NCBI GenBank assembly: GCA_054600435.1
Contig: BAAIJX010000043.1
Coordinates: 62,001-126,000, forward strand
DNA: 64,000 bases
Reading direction: 5' to 3'
DNA from: Neophaeotheca triangularis
Lineage: Eukaryota
Each line of letters begins with the position of its first letter. Within the stretch, counting starts at the first letter, position 1. Of the stretch, positions 36,505 through 48,487 are shown piece by piece. Below the pieces are notes generated by a model. It was not told the DNA's origin. It did no database searches and saw only the letters and a list, made by a program, of their open reading frames with translations. The translations under genes were made by a program, and so were the position numbers.

Positions 36505-39500
36505 ATGAGTGCGCCAGACGCTCCTCCTGAAGCCGAGTCGGGAGCGCTCAGCCAGGCGGCCGCAGGAACGCCAAACGCGTCTGCAAATGTGCAACAACAG
36601 CAGCGATATGGCGATACCCACGATGGCGATACAACGGCAGCTTTGGAACACATCAACGGCTACCACGAGGCTGCGACACCTGACGTCTCGATAATAAAGG
36701 AAGAACATCTTCCTGCCGCCAAAAACGTCGAAGCATTCGAGTCAAATGGCACGGCCACGACATTGCGACCTGCGCCGCTTGCCAGTGTTAAGAGAAGGGA
36801 GTCGGAAGCAGGAGAAAGTGCTTCTGAAGTGCATACCGCCGAATCTTCGAACAAAAAACGCAAACGCGGTGTATCGCCACCATGGCATTTTGGCGTCGCG
36901 CAGCAGAGCACCATAAAGACAGCCGATGGGCGGCGCGTGTCTGCCAGGGTAAATACAGGGACGCCAGGGCAGAGTGAGAGCGAGGGTCGAGCCCGAAGTA
37001 ATAGCAGGCCCAAATCTCAGTCGCAGTCACGAGCACCGAGTCCACCATGGAAGAAAGTAGCCGCCGAGGGCCCGTCCACCATCAGCGTCAATGGAGTGCG
37101 AAAGAGTGGGCGCATGAACAGGGAGCTGGGCGAAGCTCCCAAACGTGTCAGCCCAAGATCGAAGAAGACAGTTGACAAACTTGGAAATGAGAAGACTGAT
37201 AGGGATCGAGCAAATTCCGCTGCGACGAAAGTCGAACAGGCGAATGACTTTGCTAGCAGACAGCCGGGTAAAGACGATGAGAGACCGTCTAGTGCTGCGA
37301 GCAAGGCGCCTAAGATCGAGCGACCGAAAAGTAGCGCATCCGATTCGACCCGCTCTCGCCCAGACACCAAAGGAACAACCTCCACTCACCTACACCAGAA
37401 GCGTAGTCACAAGAAAAAACCTAGCCACGATGCAGTACAACCTGACGGCACCGCTTCTCCGTCCGCACCTCCTCCAACTCGAAAGCCAAGCCACTCCGCA
37501 GTGTCTCCCGAGCTCGGCCGGCCATCACCAAGGATTAAGCTTCGATTTGGAGGACCGCGTCGACATATCGATCACCCGCATCCTAAAGCTCTGCCTCCAG
37601 TCGTACGGCCGCCGTTACCATCGATCCACCAAGTCATAGAAAGATACGAGCTCCAAGAGTTACAGCAGCCATATGCCGAGAACGAACGCGGCCCGCCTGA
37701 TGCTGAAGAGTTTGCGAGGCGGGCAAGGCGGCAAGCTGAGGCGGATGGATGTATGCGCACAAGGTTGCTCGAGGAGGCCAAGCCAGGTGGACTGTTGAGT
37801 AAAGAGGTTGCTGAGATATACCGGTCAGACCAGCAGTCTGAGCCGCCACAACAGTACGATCATCGCGACTACTTGGTGGCTCACGCGCTTTGGCTTCGCA
37901 AGCTGCAGATCAGGGAAAAGACCGAGCACAAATTGCAAGCCAAGAAACTAGCCCTTGAAGCTCAAGAGGTCTGGCGGAAGAAGCGAGGGCCCACGCAAGA
38001 AGACTTGGAGGCCGAAGCGGCAAGGGTGGCTAAGCTGATTTACAAACAAGTTGCAGCGGATGTCAAAGCCAAATGGGAACTCGTACAGCAGTATTTTGAG
38101 CACGAACGCCTCGAGAGATGGCAAGCCGAAGAGGACAAGAAGAGGCAAGAGCGCTTGAGGGAGCGCTTGGCGTGGAGTGAGAATATGGTGGCGAAGCAAC
38201 GAGGTGGACTTGATGACGAGGATGAAGATATGGACAGCGCCATGTCACCTTCCGAGGCGGGTGACTCTGGCTTAGAAGACGGAGATGAAGATGGAGAGGA
38301 GGAAAACATGTCTGATTCTAGTAGCTCAGACGAAGATGACGAGGGCGCCGATGCCGATATGGATGAAGACGCTCTCGCCGCCTACCTCGCGTCTCGGGAA
38401 GCCGACCAAACATTACCGAACAAGGCACTCGACAGTGACGCCGGGATGGCTGATGACGAGACCCCTTTGGATGCAAAGGAAATACAGGAGGGTGTCGAGC
38501 AGTCCAAATATCGCGGCACACGAGATCACAGCGATCGGACTACCGATGGTCTTCACGCATCAACTAGTCCGACGTTGCGATCGCCTCAGGTTGAGGAACA
38601 GAAGGAGCACTCGGCAGAACCACCTGTGGATGCCGGTGCTAAAGTCTCTAGCGAACGCGTCGATGAGCAGCCGCTAATGCGATCGCGCCGCTCAGGGTCG
38701 CAGTCTTTGACTCAAGCGGAAAAGAATGCCGAGGGTGAATTATCTGACGATGAATCCACAGACATGGATTCGACCGATTACGATTCTGACGAAGACATGA
38801 GTAGTACTGACGACGAAGCCCATGGCAGTCAAGCCGAAGAGGCCACCCAGCCAACGGGCTCAGACGAAGAAGGCCGTGGGGGGGAAGATCCTGACAACGA
38901 CAAGCCTGTCTCTCTGTTCAGTAGTTTATTTAGCAAGAAGGAGCAGAGAGAAATGGCAGAAGAAGCCTTGCCTACTCCTCCTACTGGGCTGACGATTGAC
39001 GAAACTGCAGACGGCACATCAGAGCCTCGAGGAGAAGAGTCTAAGGAAACGGTCGACAGCACCGAGGCCCAACTGTCTCGACATGCTCCAGCGCCGCCGT
39101 TAGCAGATATGTGCAAAATCACCGAGACCGATAAGCCACCCAGTGACTCTGATATGCTCGAGGCGGGAGACGCTACTCGGGAGGACGCTCAGGCCACGCA
39201 AGACGACACGACTCTGCCTACCGACGAAGAGCCGTTGACCAAAGGCATGGTACAGCAGCCTGTGACTCTTCGGGGTACGCTTCGGACGTACCAACATGCA
39301 GGTTTGGATTGGCTTGCCTCCCTCTACCGCAACGGTACAAACGGTATTCTCGCCGACGAGATGGGTCTCGGCAAAACAATCCAGACAATTTCGCTGCTAG
39401 CGCATCTAGCCGAGAACCATGAAGTGTGGGAAACTCATCTGGTGGTCGTCCCTACTTCTGTGATTCTCAATTGGGTCACTGAATTTCAGAAGTTCCTTCC

Positions 39501-41859
39501 AGGGTTCCGTGTGCTAGCCTACCATGGCTCCACGGAAGAGCGACAACTCAAGCGAAGGCATTGGGTAAACGACCCTCACCATGAGAACAAAGACAAGCGT
39601 GGGTACAATGCAATTGTTACGTCATACAACGTCGCCATGAAGGATATCAACGCCATCCGCAACGTGCAATGGCATTACCTGATCCTTGACGAGGCCCACA
39701 CAATCCGCAACTTCAACTCTCAGCGATGGCAGCTACTCATTCGCTTAAAGACGCGCGCTCGCCTGCTCTTAACTGGCACACCGCTCCAGAACTCTCTCAG
39801 CGAATTGTGGTCGCTGCTAACCTTTCTGACAGCTGGCGATGATGATGCCCAGCACGGTGACCTTGAGGAGTTCTTGAGCCATTGGAAGGAGCCTGTCAAA
39901 GAGATTTTCGATCGTGGCGTTCAGACCCTGAGTGTAGAAGCGCAGAAGGTTGTCGACAACCTCCATGTGTCGCTACGGCCGTTTCTGCTGCGACGTTTGA
40001 AGACCGAAGTCGAGAAAGACTTGCCGAAGAAGACAGAGTCTGTAGTCGTCTGCAAGCTGAGCAAGAGGCAGCGACAGCTGTATCAAGATTTCATGGGTTT
40101 GGAAGAGACCCGCAAACAGCTTACCAACGGCAATGCAGTCACAGCTGGCCGAGTCCTCCTTTCTCTTCGCCGAGTGTGCAATCACCCGGACCTTTTCGAC
40201 CCGAGACCAATTCAAACGAGCTTCGGAATGGAAATCACTGCCGTCGAGCCTTACACGGTGAAGGAGAGACTCATTAGACGATTACTTGGAACTGACTGTG
40301 AAGCACCCGCGCTCTTGCAGATTACGGGCCACGAAAATCGGAACAAGCGCTCGATTACGCGTTGCCGCAAGCTTGCTGCTACTGATGCTCTTCGAAGAGA
40401 ACTACGTGGTCTTGAAGCCGAGCAGAGTGCCACTTTCCCGGATCTGTCAACCATTGCGGGATGTCGTGCTCTGCAGCGCTTGCGCCAGAAAGAGCACAAA
40501 CTTCAGCATCTCCGTGACAGTATATCGACGACAGAAGCGAGCTTGTCTAAATTGCCCATCTACGGCTCTGACCTTTATGAGCTCACTACGGTACACCACG
40601 ACGGCAGCCTCCCTAGCATCATGTCCTACGAAACCTTCCTCGAAAAGCCGGACACTCCGGTGTCCAAGTGGGTCCGACAAGCGCCTTGTGACTTGCTGCA
40701 ATCAGCAGTCTCCTCTCTGGCCCAGTACGCTGAAAGGTATAGGGATGGCATCGTCCGCTTCGGCTTCTGCACTCCTGCAGTTACCGCCCCTAATCTCAAT
40801 GCCGTCATTCCAAACCGCACCCAAGAGCTACTACGCGCAAGCCCCTCCTACCCCTCGGACTCTGACCCTCTGCACGAGCCGCGTGTGCGCCTCTCAATAG
40901 CCTTCCCCGACTCGCGCCTCCTGATCTACGACGCAGGCAAATTGCAACGCCTGACCCTCCTCCTCCGCGACCTACAAGCCCGCCAATCCCGCAGCCTGAT
41001 CTTCACGCAAATGACAGGCACGCTCGACGTACTCGAGCGCTTCCTCAACCTACTCAATTTACCTTACCTACGCCTCGACGGCTCCACCTCCGTCGAGCGC
41101 CGCCAACTCTACACCGCCGAGTTCAACCGCCCCGACAGCAAATACGCTTGCATGATCCTCTCGTCGCGCGCAGGTGGCATTGGCCTCAACCTTACGGGCG
41201 CCAGTTCTGTCATCTTCTACGATCTCGACTGGAACCCACAGATGGACCGACAGTGCATGGACCGCGCCCACCGAATCGGCCAAGTGCGCGACGTGGAAGT
41301 CTACAAAATGGTGTCGGAGCGAACCGTAGAAGAAAACATTCTGCGCAGAGCGAACCAAAAGAGCCTGCTCGACCAGACTGTCATCCAAGAGGGCCAGTTC
41401 ACAACGGAATACAAGCAGCAATCACGAGTGGAGGAAGTCCACGACGAGCCTGACAAGGCACACGCCGATGGTTCCGAAGACCTCGTCTCCGCGGCCGCGG
41501 CTCGCGTCTTTGGCGTCGGCGAAAAGGCCGTCCAGCAGACTATCGAATCGGTCGAAGACAAAGACGATGTGCTAGCGGCGCAAAAGGCTCGCAAGGAAGA
41601 GCAGGACGATGAGACGCGCGATGATGTCGGGCACCAGGAAAAGGGGAGCAGGGGTCCCAGCGTTCCTGCCCCCAGTCGCCCAGGCTCGGAGGGTCTGGAA
41701 GGTGATGTCGGTGGTAAGGATGAAGAGGGCGTGGGGCATGTGGATGGGTATATGTGTCGGTTTATGGAGCAGTGGATGGAGAATGTGCCTTTTGTGCCGC
41801 CGGTTGTTAAGAAGACGGATGCGAGGGGCAGGAGGCGAGACCGGAATCGTAAGAGGTGA
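36505..41859 (+). CDS. SWR1: SWR1 chromatin-remodelling ATPase (H2A.Z deposition)
   Basis: HSA-like region, NGILADEMGLGKTIQT, LDEAH, LLLTGTPLQN, long insert, LIYDAGKLQRL, LIFTQM and DWNPQMDRQCMDRAHRIGQ. No introns; first ATG at 36505. Confidence 0.93.
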   Translation: MSAPDAPPEAESGALSQAAAGTPNASANVQQQQRYGDTHDGDTTAALEHINGYHEAATPDVSIIKEEHLPAAKNVEAFESNGTATTLRPAPLASVKRRESEAGESASEVHTAESSNKKRKRGVSPPWHFGVAQQSTIKTADGRRVSARVNTGTPGQSESEGRARSNSRPKSQSQSRAPSPPWKKVAAEGPSTISVNGVRKSGRMNRELGEAPKRVSPRSKKTVDKLGNEKTDRDRANSAATKVEQANDFASRQPGKDDERPSSAASKAPKIERPKSSASDSTRSRPDTKGTTSTHLHQKRSHKKKPSHDAVQPDGTASPSAPPPTRKPSHSAVSPELGRPSPRIKLRFGGPRRHIDHPHPKALPPVVRPPLPSIHQVIERYELQELQQPYAENERGPPDAEEFARRARRQAEADGCMRTRLLEEAKPGGLLSKEVAEIYRSDQQSEPPQQYDHRDYLVAHALWLRKLQIREKTEHKLQAKKLALEAQEVWRKKRGPTQEDLEAEAARVAKLIYKQVAADVKAKWELVQQYFEHERLERWQAEEDKKRQERLRERLAWSENMVAKQRGGLDDEDEDMDSAMSPSEAGDSGLEDGDEDGEEENMSDSSSSDEDDEGADADMDEDALAAYLASREADQTLPNKALDSDAGMADDETPLDAKEIQEGVEQSKYRGTRDHSDRTTDGLHASTSPTLRSPQVEEQKEHSAEPPVDAGAKVSSERVDEQPLMRSRRSGSQSLTQAEKNAEGELSDDESTDMDSTDYDSDEDMSSTDDEAHGSQAEEATQPTGSDEEGRGGEDPDNDKPVSLFSSLFSKKEQREMAEEALPTPPTGLTIDETADGTSEPRGEESKETVDSTEAQLSRHAPAPPLADMCKITETDKPPSDSDMLEAGDATREDAQATQDDTTLPTDEEPLTKGMVQQPVTLRGTLRTYQHAGLDWLASLYRNGTNGILADEMGLGKTIQTISLLAHLAENHEVWETHLVVVPTSVILNWVTEFQKFLPGFRVLAYHGSTEERQLKRRHWVNDPHHENKDKRGYNAIVTSYNVAMKDINAIRNVQWHYLILDEAHTIRNFNSQRWQLLIRLKTRARLLLTGTPLQNSLSELWSLLTFLTAGDDDAQHGDLEEFLSHWKEPVKEIFDRGVQTLSVEAQKVVDNLHVSLRPFLLRRLKTEVEKDLPKKTESVVVCKLSKRQRQLYQDFMGLEETRKQLTNGNAVTAGRVLLSLRRVCNHPDLFDPRPIQTSFGMEITAVEPYTVKERLIRRLLGTDCEAPALLQITGHENRNKRSITRCRKLAATDALRRELRGLEAEQSATFPDLSTIAGCRALQRLRQKEHKLQHLRDSISTTEASLSKLPIYGSDLYELTTVHHDGSLPSIMSYETFLEKPDTPVSKWVRQAPCDLLQSAVSSLAQYAERYRDGIVRFGFCTPAVTAPNLNAVIPNRTQELLRASPSYPSDSDPLHEPRVRLSIAFPDSRLLIYDAGKLQRLTLLLRDLQARQSRSLIFTQMTGTLDVLERFLNLLNLPYLRLDGSTSVERRQLYTAEFNRPDSKYACMILSSRAGGIGLNLTGASSVIFYDLDWNPQMDRQCMDRAHRIGQVRDVEVYKMVSERTVEENILRRANQKSLLDQTVIQEGQFTTEYKQQSRVEEVHDEPDKAHADGSEDLVSAAAARVFGVGEKAVQQTIESVEDKDDVLAAQKARKEEQDDETRDDVGHQEKGSRGPSVPAPSRPGSEGLEGDVGGKDEEGVGHVDGYMCRFMEQWMENVPFVPPVVKKTDARGRRRDRNRKR

Positions 41860-42129
41860 GGAGATGGGAGATGCCGGGAGTGTACGAGTAGGGCATGATT
41901 GTAAAGATAGATGGCGGTGGATGGTAGACTCATCGTTAACTCACAGTAGCGCTGCGTTACTAGTTTGGTTAAACTGCACGAAAACGAAGACATGTAGTAA
42001 GATTACACACGAGCGCTCATTGACAGTATTCAAGATATCGTACACCGCACTACACATCTTACTTCATGATCTACTTCATTGAGACATGTCGTCATTAGCC
42101 TGCAGCCGACCTCTACATACACTCGTTTC

Positions 42130-43967
42130 TCAAATCTTCACCTCAGAAGGTATGCTGATCTCGGTGATGTCAACGCCGTTCTGCAACTCGCTCTTGGAAG
42201 GCATCTTGCCTCTCCTCATCAGCTCGGCGGATTGCGCCATGTAAGGGTCCTAGTATCAAAAGCGGTTAGCGAAAAACCCTCTCCTACTATGACAAAGCCA
42301 TCGCAATTCTCAGAACTCACCTTCATCATGCTAGCGACGGCCTGCACCTCCTCACCCTTGGTATAGTACGCGACAAAACTCTGCTTGCCCTCACTCGTGT
42401 CCGTGTTGCCGTGGATAACGACATCATCGTAGCCATTAGGCGTGTTACCGCAGTAGCGCATCTGCCCGCCCAGCGCAGACCAGAAAATGGGGATGAAGCG
42501 TTTGGGAGTCGAGCCGGGGTTGTTGATGCTGTTGGCGACGCTGCGGCCAGCGTTCTGCGCCACATTCCAGTGCTCGATGCGCACAGGCTTGCCGTTGCCG
42601 CCGGGGCCGTGGTAGGGGTAGGTGGCGATGTCGCCAATGGCGTAGACGTTGTCGAGGCCCTGAACTGCGAAGCTCTCGTCGGTGGAGATGGAGCCGTCCT
42701 TCTCAAGCTGGAGGGCGGAGTTGTTTTGCAGGTAGTCTGTTGAGGGGCGGACGCCGACACCTTCGACCACTAGGTCTGCTTCGAGGGTTGTGCCGTCTTT
42801 GAGGTGGACGGAGCCGATGTTAGATTTGTTAGAAGAGGAGGGGCTGCCCTTGTCGACGCTGGCGCCCATGTGGAACTTGATGCCGTTCTTCTCCAGCAGT
42901 TCGCGGAATATCCGCCCGACTTTGGCGCCCATGACACCTTCCATTGGCTCGCTCTCCATGCCGATGACATGTACCTCATGTTTCTGGCCGGCGAGCGCAT
43001 TGCTGCATTCCATACCGATGAAGCTGCTGCCAATCACAACGCACTTCTTCCCGCCCTCAGTGCCGGCGGCGTTCATAATGGCGTTCGTGTCGGCGAGAGT
43101 TCGCAGCTGGAAAACATTACCCAGGTCGCCCTTGAGACCTTCGAGAGGCAGGAGACGAGGAGCGCCACCTGAGGCGAGGATGAGCTTGGTGTAAGGGTAT
43201 TCCTTGCCATTGTCTGCGGAGACCTTCTTTGCGGAGAAATCGATGGATTTGACGCCAGCAGTGACCATATCGACGTTGCCATCTTTGTAGAAGGCGGGTT
43301 GGCGCCATGCTACCTTGCTGGCGTCGGTCATGAGAGCTTTGGAGAGCTTTGTCCGATCGATGGGCATCGAATCCTCTTGGGCAATGCTCGTGATGGAGCC
43401 GCTGAACCCACCGGCACGAAGACCCTCGATAGCACCGACAGCACCACTTCCCCTACCTACGACAACGACCTTCTCTTGACCCTTGGCAGAGCACTTGATG
43501 TTCAACGTCCTCCTGTTGGCCTTGATGTCCGCCTCCTCGCCCTTGATGTAGACGGCACCATCTTTCTGGATGACCTCGAACTTGTGTAGCGGATCCAACG
43601 CCGGAGCATCCTCGACGTCGCCGGTGGAGACCTTGAAGCAAGCGCCGTGCCATGCGCAAGTAAGACGGCCGTCACCCGTAACGACGCCGAGCTTCAATGG
43701 AGCACCATAATGGGTGCAGTTGGGACTCATGGCGTGAACCTCATCCTTGAGCTTGACCAGCAGCACCTTGCCATTCTCGATGCCTTCGACTTCGGCTTCT
43801 TGTTTTTGGCCGTTCTTGAGATCGATGCTGGACAAGTCCTTGAGCTTGAATTCCTGGGCCATGGCTGCGATTGAAGCTGAGAAGTGTCGTTGTTGTGTTG
43901 GCTGAAACGAGCTTGCAAATAGGTTACGTCTGAGAAGAGAAGAAGTGAGGAATCGGAAGGGGGGCAT
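42130..43967 (-). CDS. AIF-like flavoprotein with N-terminal Rieske domain (AIFM3 type); exons 43967-42321, 42249-42130
   Basis: Rieske CTHYGAPL..CAWHGACF, FAD/NAD motifs VVIGSSFIGME and YAIGDIA, RIEHWNVAQ. Intron GTGAGT..GCTAAC..TAG gives MMK|DPYMAQ. Confidence 0.92.
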
Positions 43968-45338
43968 AGAAGCAAGCTTGTGATGGGGGAAGCGTGAGGT
44001 AAGGAGGAGCAAACAGAGCCAGGAAGGTCGAGTATTCTACGAGGCCGCGAAGGGGAGCAATGGCAGGCAAGGCAGGTCGACAACAATAATGTAGATGTCA
44101 TTACAGCATAACACATGCCGCTTACCGCATCATACATTACCCCTCGTCTGATTGGCTCGTACCTCCCGGACGCCATGTGGAGAGCTAAAGCTCGGACGCG
44201 GGAATATTTGCAGCTTCACGTGTCACGACGCGTGAGCATAAAGGAGAAAAAACAGCAATGCGAACGAGAATATTGTTATAGATACCTTTACAGACCGAGT
44301 AGATATAAGTAGAAGCGAAGACCAGTTGCCATGAGCAGACACCGTTCTGGATGTCTCGTGTTTCCTCATGCAATCGCCAGAAACATCCGTTCATCTCGTC
44401 TGGCCAAGTAGCAGCCAATGCCATCCGCCAATGCAATACGGGCTTTTTGTTGACATATTGAGATGCACACAGAGAGAGTAGTGCGGCCGCCGGCCATCAC
44501 AGACACGCGGGAGTGTTGCTTCGCGCCGTTCCCTGAGGTCCGTAAAGTTCACTGGGGTCGATTGCTTTTGCAAGGTTCGCAATGGGTTCCAGCATGCCGC
44601 GAGATGAGTTTGATTAGCAGTATCCTTGCTCGGGAGTCATATCATTGCTGGCGTGACTCACTTGAAAAAGAATAATTGAAAGGGTGAAACGCCGCCCTCA
44701 CCAGAGTAATCGGAATCGAATGATACCACGCCCAGCCCCAACACCTCTCTCGAGGCAGAAGGGGACAGGGCAGGGGTACGCCGCGTATTGCACTAAAGTG
44801 ATCACCTCGCAAGGCACACAATCTTCGCACCGGCTCCCATAGCCACAAATGCCGGAGCAGCTTCGGTCAAGCCTCCACCGTCCAGCACCGGGCTGAGATT
44901 TCTGATGCCGAGTGCAACCACTTTCGTGGCAGGCCTTCACAGGCGGCGGAGGAAAGCGAGTTTCGCTCCGTGGTAGGGTTGAAGATTACTCCGAATTTCT
45001 CATTTGCCAATGAAGACGAGCTAGCCGGAGCAGGCTGTCAGTGTGTGAGCAAAGAAACGCAGCGTTGGTGAGGACGGCGCTTGGAGGAGAGGAAGAGAGA
45101 AGGATTGGGATGTTGTCAAACGCAAATAGAGATGAAGCCCAAATTTCTGCCGAGTTCGGAAGCAGGCGGTGAGCCGGAAGAAGAAGGTGCCTCGACCCAT
45201 CGCATCACTCACGAGTGGACGACACTCTATGCAGCTGTTACTTTACCTAGGTCTTGAGCAACTCGTCAATATCTCTATCAGTAGCTGCTCTTACTGTCAT
45301 AACCCCATCAACTAAGCATTCGCATAGGTAGGCTACTG

Positions 45339-46067
45339 ATGAGTTTCACCAAAACTCCACTACTCTATTCCATTAGATCTTCTCTTCTATATCAACACAG
45401 ACCATTCATCACTACAATCCGCGCCATGGCAAGCAGAGAACGTGAGATGGCCTCAGCTAAGATGCAACAATCGTCCCCATTAACGTTGCCCCCAGAAACG
45501 ACCTCCCCAAGCTGGGCAGCCTTCCCCACCGACCTCCCCGTACCCGTCGACGACGGCGCCTGCGATCACCTCACAGGCCTCAAGCTCCCCTCCCTAACCC
45601 TCAAATCCACCTCCGACGACTCCATCAACCTCTCCACCCTCCCCGGCTTAACAATCCTCTTCTGCTACCCCCGCACTGGCGGCCCCAACGAAACAGTTCC
45701 CGAAACCTGGAACTCCATTCCGGGTGCCCGAGGTTGCACACCCCAAGCCTGCTCCTTCCGCGACAACTTCCAAGACTTCAAGAGCTTAGGCGTGAGTCGA
45801 GTGTTCGGCGTGAGCACCCAGGACACGGCGTATCAGCGGGAGATCAAGGATAGGGTTCATTTGCCTTATGATTTGTTGAGTGACGAGGGTCTTGAGTTTG
45901 TGGAGGCGCTGGGTTTACCGACTTTTGAGTGGGAGGGCCGGAAGTTGAGCAAGAGGCTGAGCATGGTTGTTGAGGAGGGGATTGTGAGGAAGGTCTGGTA
46001 TCCCGTCTTTCCGCCGAGTGAGAATGCGCGGCAGGTGAGGCAGTGGTTGGAGAATCGGGGTACGTAA
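45339..46067 (+). CDS. Peroxiredoxin, BCP/PrxQ-like redoxin
   Basis: YPRT..IPGARGCTPQACSFRD (CxxxxC), VFGVSTQ, LPYDLLSD, conserved Arg in KRLS, and WYPVFPP. Confidence 0.85.
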   Translation: MSFTKTPLLYSIRSSLLYQHRPFITTIRAMASREREMASAKMQQSSPLTLPPETTSPSWAAFPTDLPVPVDDGACDHLTGLKLPSLTLKSTSDDSINLSTLPGLTILFCYPRTGGPNETVPETWNSIPGARGCTPQACSFRDNFQDFKSLGVSRVFGVSTQDTAYQREIKDRVHLPYDLLSDEGLEFVEALGLPTFEWEGRKLSKRLSMVVEEGIVRKVWYPVFPPSENARQVRQWLENRGT

Positions 46068-46797
46068 GGTGGAAGTCGTGTCTCTGAGCTACATTAGACG
46101 AGGTGGCGGTGCTATTTGCAAAGTCCAACGTTCCCGACAGTTAATCATCTTTCTACTTCGCGACGCGAGCGTGCATGCCTCCCTGATGCCGTACACTGCC
46201 TGGCGCATGGCCCCACGCAAGATCCGTCGTGTGAGGTTTGGATCTGCCACGACCAAGCGATCTTGCATACTAATGCTCTGCTGAACATAGGACAGCGTCA
46301 AATCGACCATTGGACCGCACTGCCTAGCTCCTCGCGGTTCACCGACGCCCTCAGAGACTTGAGACAAGGCAGCGCAGTTCATGGGGTGGATGGTTTTGGA
46401 GAACATTAGAAGACAGGCTGTCCTTAAGAGACGTATCGAATTATTCTTGAAGACATTGCGTGTGCATCTGCATTGGAGGAAACGGTTGGAAGGTGAAAGA
46501 GACTCTTGAGATCTTGTCTCACGTGTTGCGGTGTGTGTTTACTTATGTATGTATAAGTAGTATGCCTAGGTAGTACGCTAGGCCCCCGAAGGCGAAGGTG
46601 CCTGCTTCGCTCCTTCCTTCCGTTAATGGCAGGCACGGGCAGGGCAGGTCTCAGCACGTGAGTCAACAGCTAGCTAGCAGCACAGCCACTTCCAGACACG
46701 TCCAGTACTTCCAAGTACGAAACACTGCCTTGCCTCCTCCCTTACCTATCTATACCTACACCTTCTCCACTCAGCATTGCAACGCAGAAAGGGAGCC

Positions 46798-47708
46798 ATG
46801 GCCGACACAACCACCTCCATAATGATCGACACAACCGCTGCAATGGCCGACACCAAACTCACCACTCCACCTTCAGATGTTGCGCCGGACATTGCGCCAT
46901 GGACTGGGCCGTTCCGTCTCATGGATCTTGCGGCAGAGGTAAGTCTTCTTCAACCATAACGACTCTACCGTCGTCGGCACGCCTACTAACACCATAACCC
47001 AGCTGCGTGAGAAGATCTACTTCTTCGCCGCCTTGCCTCTGACGCCAATCGACACTGCCTCCATCCCGGGAACCCCAGACTTCGTCAAGATTCCCGTCAT
47101 TGCTCAGGTCAACAAGCAGGTGCGCGAAGAGGCCCTTGCCGTCTTCTCTCGCAAGCGCTCCGTGCAGATCTCCCTCCACTCGAGCCAGCACTTCAAGCAG
47201 TCCATGGTTTGGGTTGCTAAGCACACCGACTCTTCCGCCTTCTTCTCTCGCATCATCTTCGCCGGCAAGCTCAAGTATCAGAACAACAACTTCTTCCACA
47301 TCACTATCGATTGCCTCCCCAAAGCACCCTACTTCCGCGCTCATAGGCGCGATGCCGCTACCAAGGCAGCTGACCAAATCAGCCACTACATCAAGCATCG
47401 CATCTTGAACTACTTGGACATGGTCGCCGAAAAGGCTGGCCCTGAATATCAGGCCAAGCTTGGAGGTGAACAATTGTTCTCCTTGATCGCTCTGGTCAAA
47501 GCTTCTTCCCAGGTTTGTGTAGCGCAATGTCTTGCGGCGCTTGCGAGAGATGATTACAGCGCTGATGCGAATGCTCTGTGGCCATAATCGGGCTAACCGT
47601 TCACAGAACTCAAAGCTTTCGCTAGGGGAATGTCCATGGTGCTGCGTGGATCTCTGCATCAATGAAGATCTATGCTACGAATACAGCAAGGCCATGAAAC
47701 TTGGTTGA
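46798..47708 (+). CDS. Hypothetical protein with F-box-like motif; exons 46798-46938, 47003-47512, 47607-47708
   Basis: PFRLMDLAAE|LREKIY motif across intron 46939-47002 and IAQVNKQVREEALAVF. The second intron GTTTGT..GCTAAC..CAG is less certain. Confidence 0.7.
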
Positions 47709-48487
47709 ATCTGACACTGACGAACATTCGGGTCGTCATTTCCTGGCCCATTGGACGCAAGGGCTGTGAGGCACAGCTGCAGGCGTTGAACAAGAAAGAG
47801 TAATCGCGATTGGTTTTCGTGGTATCGGGAACTTGCGACGAAGGTGTGCGAGAGGGACACAGTCGATACCTGTTGCTTGAAAACGAGCGTTTGATGAAGA
47901 CATGCCCTCGAAGCGAGAAACACTGTACACTATCAGCAAGTAGCCATCAAAGCATGTTCCATCTTGCCAATGCTTACAACTGTTGTCACTGTACTTGTTG
48001 GATACTCTGTTAGCTACTCAGACTTGTCTGCCCTGTCTCACGTATTCGGACTCTGGGTTCGTCGACCTTTAGTGACGACTTGTCCCATATCCACTCATCG
48101 AGTGAGCAAGCATCTTTGACTCGAGATGCTCCAGCGAATCTAAACACGAGACGATCGCGTTCCTTTGCATATCCAACATCGATTCGAAACTACAGTCCTA
48201 TCGTAGATGGCAGGATGACAGACAGTCGAAGTTTAGGTGCATCAGACGAAGCAACATGAAGTCGGGAGCAGTTCTCCACCACGACGGGATCAACGTGGTG
48301 GTGGTCAGTGCGACTCGACTCGACTCCTCCATCGGGGACACACACCTATAAAGGCAGCAGTCGACGACATCTGGTGAAAACACACCAAAAAAAGAACATC
48401 ACGTCAATCAACTCTTGAGACAAAATTCAAACGACGAAAACTTCCCAAAGAAACAGTACCACCTACCCCAAGATCCCCAGCGCGACA

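Noticed and set aside
46069..46460. Overlapping ~100-aa ORFs after the peroxiredoxin
   Set aside because: No recognisable motif or consistent exon structure on either strand.
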